A program made the translations under genes and the position numbers. From a virus, in IMG/VR virus record IMGVR_UViG_3300008113_005947, positions 11,326-75,325 of that record: DNA of 64,000 bases, one strand, 5' to 3'. Shown here piece after piece: positions 50,701 through 58,659 of this stretch; position 1 is the first letter of the stretch; each line of letters opens with the position of its first letter. The notes under the pieces were generated by a model, which worked only from the letters and a program-made list of their open reading frames with translations, was not told where the DNA came from and did no database searches.

Positions 50701-53700
50701 TGTACAGGACTACTTCTATTAATTGTATCTTCTAATCCAAGTTGTCCTACATCATTTCTTCCCCATGCATATAATCCATTATTAAGTTGAATTGCTAAAG
50801 TGTGACCACCACTATTGCCGCCGGTTGATACTGCAATCCAGCTACTTGTTCCTATTTGCACAGGGCTACTACGATTAATTGTGGTGTTGTCACCTATTTG
50901 ACCAAGGGAGTTGGAGCCTGAAGCAAATAATCTATAATTAGCATCAATTACCACTGATGTTGAGTCCCCGGCTGATATAACAATCCAAGAACTAGAACTT
51001 ATTTGTACTGGACTGCTACGACTTACTGTTGTAGTGTCACCCAACTGTCCACTGGTATTTAATCCCCAAGCCCATAATGTACCGGTAATATTAGTTGCCA
51101 ATACATGCGTAGTTTTTACACTTACTTTTGTCCAGCTACCTGCAATTTGTACCGGGCTACTGCGTGATACTGTAGTACCATCACCTAATTGTCCACTGGT
51201 ATTTAATCCCCAACCCCATAATGTATTATCTGGTTTGATTGCAAATATCGTATCTTTATTGACTGAAGAAGAAATCGCTATCCAACTGCTTGTGCCTATT
51301 TGTACTGGACTACTGCGTGATACAGTTGTAGTATTATCAAGAAATACACCATTTGATGCTTTACCCCATTGCCACAATGAATAATCAAGTCTAGTTGCTA
51401 ACCCAGTACTAATGAGACTAAACGAATTACCAGAACCTACTTGACTAAATGAGTTAGCTCCCCAACCATATAATAAACCAGTTGTAGTTATAGCTAATGC
51501 ATGTGATTCACTTGCAGTAACACTAGACCAACTAGTTGATGTACCTATTTGTATCGGACTTGATTTACTAACAGTAGTATTATCACCTAATTGATATGAA
51601 GTGTCATCACCCCATGCATACAATTTTCCATCAGTTGTAATTCCATATGAAGCATTATAATTACTTGCAATAACAGACCAATTGCTAGTTCCTAATTGTA
51701 CTGGACTGCTACGACTTACTGTTGTACTGTCACCCAACTGTCCTACATTATTATATCCCCATGTAAGTAATTTAGTTGTAGAATTTATTGCTGTGGTAAA
51801 TCCATCTCCTGTGGTAGACCCGGCTATATTATAAGGATTTAATGTTGTTACTGCCGGTGTACCTGTTGTAAAATATGCGGGATTACCAACTTCATTTAAC
51901 TGCCATCTTGCACTTGAATTACTATAATAAGTAGTATAGGTGTCCATGTAATAATAAGGCAATGCTATACCTGAATAATTATACTGACCTATACCCAATC
52001 CTGCATATTGAACAGTACCTGATATACTTGCGGGTGCGCCAGCACCGGTTGAACCTACTTGATTATAATTATATGGTATTCTAGCTGGTGTAAAACTAGC
52101 ATTATACATTGCTTGACCGGATATAATACGAAGTCCGTGGATATAACCGTTCCAATATGAATTTGAGGCTCCGCCTCCATTGGCACCAATAACTAATATT
52201 GTTTGTACTGTAATAGCAGTAAGTGTCGTAGTACCAGTTAAGGTTTGGCTTATACCATTAATGTATATTGATATTGCTCCGGCATTTACACTAATTGCAA
52301 TATGAGTCCATGTACTAGCTGATATAGCATTTACTGTTACCGTGCTTGTAGTTCCGCCGGCACCGCCTATATTTAATAATCCATACTCAACTTGTCTACT
52401 ACTATTTATACTAACAGCAAAATTATTAGTAGATGCTGTGCCACTATTTCCTGCAATTACGGATCTTACCGCACCGCCGGTATAATAAACCCAAGCCTCA
52501 AACGTGTAGGTATTAGCCAATGCTGTTGGTATACCAGTACCTGTATACCAACTAGATGATCCGTTAAAACTTACACTATATGCTTGAATAGTAGTATCAG
52601 GTTTGCCACCTGCAGAAACAAGATTCCAATTAGTTTCTGATCCTATCTGTGTAGGGGTACTACGATTAATCGTTGTTCCATCACCTAGTTGACCATTACT
52701 ATTATTTCCCCAGGCATATAATCTACTAAAAGGACTACTTATTGCTACACTATGACTTGATCCTGCAAATATTTGTGTATATTTTACTAGTGTTTCGTTT
52801 GTTCCTGCCAAATATGTTGTGAAGGGTGAAGGTGCTCCTGTATATCTCGGTGAACCGGCGCTGGTAATAGTTCTACTATTAGCACTATCTACGGCTGGAT
52901 TTGTTTGCAATGTTAATAATACAACTTGACCAGCAGTTATTGCCGCAGTATTTGCACCGCCGTATGGATTAGCAGACTGTGTTAATTGTAATGGACCAGT
53001 TGGTGTTGTAAAATTCACTGAGGCAGCATACACAATACTATTAGTAAATCTAAGATTGTTTATCAATCCTCTAAAATTTACTCTAGGATGTCCAAAATAT
53101 GATCCAATCCATGTTTTATTAAATGCTACTGTACCACTAGTAACGTAATTAGCCCAGGTAGCACTTGCTAACCAGACACCATTAATATATGCATGTGTGA
53201 GTGTAGTATTTCTCACTATCGCAAGATGGTACCATGTATTAACACTTAAACTTGCGCTGAAATTAGTAGTTGCAAAACTGTGTTGAAGTGCTAGTGTTGA
53301 GCGGCCAGTTGATGAATTATTATAATACGTTTGTATAGAATTATTATTGACCACTAGTACCCAACTCAAAACACCATTAGTCCAATCACCAAAAGAAAAT
53401 ATTGGTTGCGGGAAATCAAAGTCTGTTGCGTAAAAGAAACATTCAAGTGTTTTACTTGTTGTGTTAAAATCAAAGGTAGAACCTGTTGCGCCGCTTTCAG
53501 CAAGACTAAAATTATTCTGTGTTATTGAATTAGTTAATGGATATTGATTGAATACTGCTGATATAGTTGCTGATGATGGTGATACACCTGCACTAATTTG
53601 TGTTGGACTACTACGTGTGATATATGTACCATCACCTAGTTGTCCACTACTATTATCACCCCATGCATATAGTGTACCATCAACTCTTAATGCCAGTGAA

Positions 53701-56700
53701 TGAGTTGAGCCTGCTGAAACACTAGTAAAACTAAATGCACTTCCTTGACCAGTGGCAGCAATTTGTACAGGGCTACTACGATTAATTGTGGTGTTGTCAC
53801 CTATTTGGCCAAGCTGATTATTTCCCCAACCCCATACAGTATAATCACTACGTAATGCTACTGTATGAGATAATCCAGATGCTATTCTTGTCCAACTTAA
53901 CCCCGATAATTGTCCATTGTTACTTGCACCCCAGCTAAATAATTTTCCATCAGAACTTATGGCTAGAGAATGAAAGTTACCTGCTGCCACTTGACTCCAA
54001 CTTCTTCCTATTCCAACTAATACCGGGCTACTCTTATTAACAGTAGTTGTATCTCCTAATTGACCTACAGAATTAATTCCCCATGCATATAATGTGCCGT
54101 CATTTTTAATAGCTAATACATGTGATTCGCCTACAGAAATTTTATTCCAGTAATTATTTAAAAATGCAGGGAATGCTATATACATAGGATCTAGCTGAGT
54201 ACCCCATCCGTATAAGTATTTGTCTTTTGATACACCTAAAGTATGATAAGTGCCTGCACTAACTGATATCCAACTACTTGTACCAATTTGTACAGGACTA
54301 GATACGTTAGAATATGCAGGAACTAATACTGGACTACTTCTATTAACAGTGTCTCCTAAACCCAATTGTCCTTCTACATTATAACCCCATACATATAATC
54401 CATTATCCCTGAACGCTCCGTTATTAGGAAAACCCACTGCTTGGGGAGGTAGATTAACAATTTTAGTTAAATCCCAATTTGATCCAATTTGTACTGGACT
54501 ACTTCGCCGTGAAGATCCAGCACTATCTATATATCCGCCTTCACCGACTAAATTTCCCCCCCAACTGTATAAATAGCCATAAGTGTCAACTGCAAGAAAT
54601 CCGGCAGTACCACCTCCTTCGAATGCACGTACACTAATCCAACTACCGGCTATTTGTACCGGACTACTTCTATTAATTGTATCATTTTGACCTAATTCTC
54701 CTTGAGCATTTCTACCCCAAACCCATAATGTATTATCTATTCTTATGGCTCCGGTTGCGTTGGTCGAGGCACTTATGTATGTCCAGCTACTTGTTCCTAT
54801 TTGTATTGGGCTACTACGTGATATTGTAGTACCATCACCTAGTTGACCATTACTATTGTTTCCAAACGAGAATAGCGCACCGTCAACTCTTAATGCATGA
54901 GTAACGCCATTAATTAGCGAAACCATTGTCCAACTACTAGTACTTATTTGTACAGGGCTACTACGAGAAACTACATCCCCTGTTCCAAGTTGGCCGAAGC
55001 CATTACTACCCCATATCCACATCTTATAATTAACATCTATGGCTGCCCCAGTGCCTGAGCCAGCATATAATTTAGTAAATAAACCTGAATTTATAATAGG
55101 TGTGGGTATGGTCCTGCTACTCACAGTATTGTCACCCAACTGTCCACTGGAATTTAATCCCCAACCGTAACATCTACCATCTTCTGTAATACCTAATGTA
55201 AAGCGACTTCCTGTAGATATTGATTTCCATTTAAGTAGCCCATAATCACCAGAACTTGCGCCAGACACACCAACTTGTACAGGATTACTCCTATATACAG
55301 CGCCCACTCCTATTTGACCATCGAGATTGTATCCCCATCCCCACAATGTACCATCATTTCTAATAGCCATAGTGTGGTCTGATATTGCTACACAAGACCA
55401 TCCTACATACGGAGTTGGTCCTGTACTTGGTCCTATTCCCAATTGACCATTCATGTTAAAACCCCAGGCCCACAAGCTGCCGTCACTACGTATTGCTACT
55501 GTATGGCTTGCGCCTCCTGTTATTGAAGTCCAGCTATTACTACCTATTTGTACTGGACTACTACGATTTAATGTTGTACTATCACCCAATTGTCCACTAT
55601 CATTTGCGCCCCATGCAAATAATGCACCGTCACTTCTAATTGCTATTACATGATTTCCACCATCACGTAATGCTATCCAATTAAGATCCGTTGCTACACT
55701 ATTAATACCTAATTGTCCGTAATTATTAACACCCCATGAAAATAATGCACCATCACTTCTAACAGCTATTGTATGTGAGCCACCTGAACTTACAGCAGAC
55801 CAACTACTGTTTCCAATCTGTACTGGACTACTACGTTGTATCGTAGTACTATCGCCTAATTGCCCATATGGATTCAATCCCCATGCAAATAGTTTATTTT
55901 CTGTAGTAATAGCTAATGTGTCAAATTTGCCAGCACAAATATATGTGTAACTACTTGACCCTACTTTACCTAATACTGCTTGGAAATTAGGATTAAATGT
56001 ACCTACTTGTGCAGGACTACTACGATTGTCTGCCCCGACGCCACCTCCTATGCTGTATAATTGCCCAACAGAGTTAAGATAATATGTTCCCCATGCGGAT
56101 ATAGTAACACCTTTACTTGCAGGTGTACCAAAATTGCCCACCTGAACAGGACTTGAATAATGTGCTGTTGTATTACCTAAACCCAATTGTCCACCTGCAT
56201 TATAACCCCAAGTAAATAAGTTATTATTAGCATCTACTGCAATTGTAAAAAATCCAGTTCCTGAAGTATTAAAATTTGAAGCTACTTGTGACCAACTACT
56301 ATAACCAATTTGAGTTGGGTTAGACCTATATAAGCCAGTAAAATTAAAGCCAAAATCGCCAAAGTCATCTCTACCCCATGCAAATAATAAACCAAGAGAA
56401 GTTATACCGTATACAGCATAACTACCTGACACCATAGACCAACTTAACTGTCCTACCTGTACAGGCTGGCTACGATTAATTGTTGTTCCATCACCTAATG
56501 AGCCGTATGTTTGATTGTATCCCCATCCCCACAGTGATGAGTTTGCTGATTTTATTGCAAAGCCGCCACCGTAGCGTCCAAAAACTTTTTGATATCCTGT
56601 ACCAATTTGTACGGGACTGCTTTTATTTGTTATTGTGCCATCACCTAGTGCACCTGCAGTAGCTATACCGGTAGCAAATAATCTACCATTAATATCTATC

Positions 56701-57587
56701 ATATATGTTGCGGGAAGTGAGGATGCGGCATCACCTACCGAGGCTGCAACTTGAATATAACTACTTGTACCAATTTGCACCGGACTACTACGTGCAACAG
56801 TAGTACCATCACCCAACTGTCCAGAGGTATTTGCACCCCAACTCCATAAACTTCCGTCACTTCTAATAGCATGACTGGTTGATTGGCCGGCGGCTATTTG
56901 TGAATAGCTATTTCCGGTACCTAATTGTACTGGGCTACTTCTATTAATAGTATCAGCTAGGCCCAATTGACCGTGTACGTTAGAACCCCAAGTCCATAAG
57001 CTACCATCGCTTTTTAATGCTACAACATGGCTGTCACCACTAACCATTTGAACATATGATATTCTAGCACCTAATTGACCTGCAGTATCTGCACCCCAAG
57101 TCCATAAACTACCATCACTCTTTAATGCAACATTATGATATCCACCAGCATTTACACTAGTCCAACTTTTGTTGCCTGAAATTTGTACTGGATAACTTCT
57201 ATTAATTAGAGATGCATCTGCTAGTTGACCATAGTTGTTTAGTCCCCATCCCCATAGTGTGTAATCTTTATCTATAGCTACTGTATGATAATTACCTGCA
57301 CTAACTGCAATCCAACTAATTGTGCTAGCAATTTGCACAGGACTGCTTCTATCTAGTGTAGTATTATCGCCCAATTGACCTAAACTGTTAGACCCCCAAG
57401 CAAATAATATACCATCACTACGTACTGCTACAGTATGTGTGCCACCTGCGGCAATTTGACTCCAACTGTAATATTGAGGAGATGTTGCACCTATTTGACC
57501 ATAGGTGTTGTCACCCCACATGAATAAATTAGTTGCCGAGCCTGAAGCTGCCTGTACTGCAAGTAAACGCCACGCTAAGGAGCTCAT
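47727..57587 (-). CDS. Giant RCC1-repeat protein with two LamG/concanavalin-A-like domains, part 1 (3286 aa, about 55 repeats)
   Basis: Same repeat; short N-terminal helix MSSLAWRLLAVQAASG; GAGGAGG RBS; ends mid-repeat (GQIGNNT*). Confidence 0.92.
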   Translation of the reverse strand: MSSLAWRLLAVQAASGSATNLFMWGDNTYGQIGATSPQYYSWSQIAAGGTHTVAVRSDGILFAWGSNSLGQLGDNTTLDRSSPVQIASTISWIAVSAGNYHTVAIDKDYTLWGWGLNNYGQLADASLINRSYPVQISGNKSWTSVNAGGYHNVALKSDGSLWTWGADTAGQLGARISYVQMVSGDSHVVALKSDGSLWTWGSNVHGQLGLADTINRSSPVQLGTGNSYSQIAAGQSTSHAIRSDGSLWSWGANTSGQLGDGTTVARSSPVQIGTSSYIQVAASVGDAASSLPATYMIDINGRLFATGIATAGALGDGTITNKSSPVQIGTGYQKVFGRYGGGFAIKSANSSLWGWGYNQTYGSLGDGTTINRSQPVQVGQLSWSMVSGSYAVYGITSLGLLFAWGRDDFGDFGFNFTGLYRSNPTQIGYSSWSQVASNFNTSGTGFFTIAVDANNNLFTWGYNAGGQLGLGNTTAHYSSPVQVGNFGTPASKGVTISAWGTYYLNSVGQLYSIGGGVGADNRSSPAQVGTFNPNFQAVLGKVGSSSYTYICAGKFDTLAITTENKLFAWGLNPYGQLGDSTTIQRSSPVQIGNSSWSAVSSGGSHTIAVRSDGALFSWGVNNYGQLGINSVATDLNWIALRDGGNHVIAIRSDGALFAWGANDSGQLGDSTTLNRSSPVQIGSNSWTSITGGASHTVAIRSDGSLWAWGFNMNGQLGIGPSTGPTPYVGWSCVAISDHTMAIRNDGTLWGWGYNLDGQIGVGAVYRSNPVQVGVSGASSGDYGLLKWKSISTGSRFTLGITEDGRCYGWGLNSSGQLGDNTVSSRTIPTPIINSGLFTKLYAGSGTGAAIDVNYKMWIWGSNGFGQLGTGDVVSRSSPVQISTSSWTMVSLINGVTHALRVDGALFSFGNNSNGQLGDGTTISRSSPIQIGTSSWTYISASTNATGAIRIDNTLWVWGRNAQGELGQNDTINRSSPVQIAGSWISVRAFEGGGTAGFLAVDTYGYLYSWGGNLVGEGGYIDSAGSSRRSSPVQIGSNWDLTKIVNLPPQAVGFPNNGAFRDNGLYVWGYNVEGQLGLGDTVNRSSPVLVPAYSNVSSPVQIGTSSWISVSAGTYHTLGVSKDKYLYGWGTQLDPMYIAFPAFLNNYWNKISVGESHVLAIKNDGTLYAWGINSVGQLGDTTTVNKSSPVLVGIGRSWSQVAAGNFHSLAISSDGKLFSWGASNNGQLSGLSWTRIASGLSHTVALRSDYTVWGWGNNQLGQIGDNTTINRSSPVQIAATGQGSAFSFTSVSAGSTHSLALRVDGTLYAWGDNSSGQLGDGTYITRSSPTQISAGVSPSSATISAVFNQYPLTNSITQNNFSLAESGATGSTFDFNTTSKTLECFFYATDFDFPQPIFSFGDWTNGVLSWVLVVNNNSIQTYYNNSSTGRSTLALQHSFATTNFSASLSVNTWYHLAIVRNTTLTHAYINGVWLASATWANYVTSGTVAFNKTWIGSYFGHPRVNFRGLINNLRFTNSIVYAASVNFTTPTGPLQLTQSANPYGGANTAAITAGQVVLLTLQTNPAVDSANSRTITSAGSPRYTGAPSPFTTYLAGTNETLVKYTQIFAGSSHSVAISSPFSRLYAWGNNSNGQLGDGTTINRSTPTQIGSETNWNLVSAGGKPDTTIQAYSVSFNGSSSWYTGTGIPTALANTYTFEAWVYYTGGAVRSVIAGNSGTASTNNFAVSINSSRQVEYGLLNIGGAGGTTSTVTVNAISASTWTHIAISVNAGAISIYINGISQTLTGTTTLTAITVQTILVIGANGGGASNSYWNGYIHGLRIISGQAMYNASFTPARIPYNYNQVGSTGAGAPASISGTVQYAGLGIGQYNYSGIALPYYYMDTYTTYYSNSSARWQLNEVGNPAYFTTGTPAVTTLNPYNIAGSTTGDGFTTAINSTTKLLTWGYNNVGQLGDSTTVSRSSPVQLGTSNWSVIASNYNASYGITTDGKLYAWGDDTSYQLGDNTTVSKSSPIQIGTSTSWSSVTASESHALAITTTGLLYGWGANSFSQVGSGNSFSLISTGLATRLDYSLWQWGKASNGVFLDNTTTVSRSSPVQIGTSSWIAISSSVNKDTIFAIKPDNTLWGWGLNTSGQLGDGTTVSRSSPVQIAGSWTKVSVKTTHVLATNITGTLWAWGLNTSGQLGDTTTVSRSSPVQISSSSWIVISAGDSTSVVIDANYRLFASGSNSLGQIGDNTTINRSSPVQIGTSSWIAVSTGGNSGGHTLAIQLNNGLYAWGRNDVGQLGLEDTINRSSPVQVGNSNWTNISVGTFHSVGITSLGRLFTWGLNSAGQLGNNTINNTSSPVQISTGISFTQVYAGGAGIPASTDTQFHTIAYSSQGYAIAFGGNKNGELGDGTTIARSNPVQIVNTAVREISLVSTSSWTYVSTGAYSSYGLDVLSNFNTWGLNTTGQLGDNTTVDKGSPTQTSTGSSASARNSPLQVGNSSWSLITAGASFSAAITTDKRLFVWGLNSSGQVGDNTTVTRSIPIQTSGSWNLVSIKSDFTIATKSNGTLWSWGNGTFGVLANNLESNMGYRSSPIQIGTSSWTQIAAGSSHVMGLINNSLYLWGSNTFGQLATITSSNSWLQVSMGSTTFGLKNGGYLYAWGSTVGVTTPSYGDGTTVSKSSPVQVSTMSFSFLGTLGGDFGSASMFAVDFSGVLYGWGYNNIGQLGDNTTIYRSSPIQIGTALNWTKIYTTNGNTIGLTSNGGLYAWGSNSVGQLGNNSTISRSSPVQIFGGGISSVCQGLSYVAIVKTDGTLWTWGLNVNGNLGSGTTINRSSPVQVGTLNIWTKVVSTLYGVVALQSNNTLWSWGQNLYGQLGQNNTTARSSPVQVPGSWTDVTAFATTVLGTSGGVVYGWGRNQLGQLGDDTTVNKSSPIVLSGTYKQLPNTDLISGIENQAGYINSAGVLFTFGSNSSGQLGDGTVISRSSPVQIDTALKTIVPSPIQLNSSSYTQISAGYSFSSALRTDGTIWAWGDNTWGQLGQNDTLSRSSPVQVGSFSFTNLYAGSVNIFGVLNDTTMVTGQGDSGKLGQFNDVLSRSSPVQMGTGKGNFYDRPVRIGLLSSWAFVNASMSTSMAIDALGRLYMWGYNGFGQLGDITTSNRSSPLQIGTNSWIIGSVSDNFTTAIRIDNTLWTWGTNSNGQLGDGTTVTKSSPVQVSGNWTDVQAGKSYSVALAQNGTIWTWGANLNGGLNNSSLLPRSSPMQVGTKIYKYIAATNNSSNAIDAYGNLFTWGDNTFGQIGNNT
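51810..52605 (-). other. LamG/concanavalin-A-like lectin domain 2 (inserted)
   Basis: YSVSFNG, YTFEAWVY, TWTHIAIS, IYING, WNGYIHGLRI; coordinates approximate. Confidence 0.85.
52785..53585 (-). other. LamG/concanavalin-A-like lectin domain 1 (inserted)
   Basis: TLECFFY, NTWYHLAIVRN, AYING, FRGLINNLRFT; coordinates approximate. Confidence 0.8.
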
Positions 57588-58123
57588 TACGCCTCCTCAG
57601 GTTTAACAGGATAGACTACTGTACTTTCATCCAAAAATTCTGGATCATTTTCATATATGGCAGGTAAGTCTCTCAACTCCTGTCTATACGTATTGTACAG
57701 TGCTGTTAGTTGTTCTCCATTAAGTTGCATAACGTCTGCTAATTGAGTAAAATCTGTAGCAGTTAATAAAGTATCTCTTTTCATTCTTAATTGAGCCATA
57801 GCGTCTATATGTCTATTTAGCTTAATTTGAAGTAGCTGTTCTTCGGTTGGTATCACCGGTTCAGGTGGAGTATATATAGGTAAATTAACAACTTCTAAAG
57901 TTTCTATTACTGTATCATTTTCAATTCTATATACTGGATTTCCTAATCGCTGAGTATTAGGATCATATATAGGTACTTCTTTAACTAATGTTCTCCAACC
58001 TAATGAGTATATATAACTCTCATCGGATAGAGCATGAAAATTACTTATGTTTCTCCAGTTATCCGGTAGCAAATCATAAACACCTGTAATTTTATTATCT
58101 TCAATGTGAGCATAATTTGCCAT
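57587..58123 (-). CDS. Tail-fibre assembly chaperone-like protein
   Basis: LRMKRDTLLTATDFTQLAD...YRQELRDLP...YP motif; start moved to ATG 58123 (TAATG overlap with the upstream gene). Confidence 0.75.
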   Translation of the reverse strand: MANYAHIEDNKITGVYDLLPDNWRNISNFHALSDESYIYSLGWRTLVKEVPIYDPNTQRLGNPVYRIENDTVIETLEVVNLPIYTPPEPVIPTEEQLLQIKLNRHIDAMAQLRMKRDTLLTATDFTQLADVMQLNGEQLTALYNTYRQELRDLPAIYENDPEFLDESTVVYPVKPEEA

Positions 58124-58650
58124 TATAAATTCTGCCCAGTAATAAAAGATTGCCAACTAGATCCAGCATCAACTGTAAAAAATACAAATACGTCTTTTTT
58201 TCCACTAGTTGAAGTTATTGTTGGTGCAACATTACTAGGCCATTTAAAACTTGAAGGCCAGGTCACTGCTCTTGCTGTTCCGTCTCCGGTAGTAATAAGC
58301 ACAAAAGAACTAACTCTACCTACAGCTTGTACATTTGTAACAGCCACTAAAGATATGTTGTTGTTTAATAATACTTCAAACAATGTTGCACCACTAATAT
58401 CTAGTGATAGAATATTGTTAGAAATAGTTACTAACTGTCTTTTTTCTGCACTGTTGTTGTTTAATAACAAACCATTTAAGTTTATAGTTCCTTGTAGACC
58501 TACAGTTGAAGTAGCAGGTACAAAAGTCAAATTAGGATTCACATAAGCTGAATTTGTTAACCCAGAAGAAGTAGGTTGCAGGTCAAGATAGTAAGTTGTT
58601 ACATCATTGATTGCAGTCGTTACCTGTAATACACTATTTGTCAATGACAT
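58123..58650 (-). CDS. Short tail-fibre/adaptor-like structural protein
   Basis: C-terminal VTWPSSFKWP..APTITST.GKKDVFVFFT.D.GSSW domain typical of phage fibre C-termini; AAGGAG RBS. Confidence 0.6.
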   Translation of the reverse strand: MSLTNSVLQVTTAINDVTTYYLDLQPTSSGLTNSAYVNPNLTFVPATSTVGLQGTINLNGLLLNNNSAEKRQLVTISNNILSLDISGATLFEVLLNNNISLVAVTNVQAVGRVSSFVLITTGDGTARAVTWPSSFKWPSNVAPTITSTSGKKDVFVFFTVDAGSSWQSFITGQNL

Positions 58651-58659
58651 AAAAACTCC

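Noticed and set aside
23060-57587. CRISPR-like periodic motif (TGTAC(A/T)GG(A/G)CTACT, about every 150 bp)
   Set aside because: It is the reverse complement of the RSSPVQ codons, varies at third positions and lies in open frames; no cas genes
23060-57587. Diversity-generating retroelement acting on the repeats
   Set aside because: No reverse transcriptase in the window and no template/variable repeat pair with adenine-specific differences seen
23060-57587. Whole repeat region as an assembly artefact
   Set aside because: Repeats are individually divergent and the 7-fold nested count holds over 34 kb; a local collapse remains possible at the one anomaly
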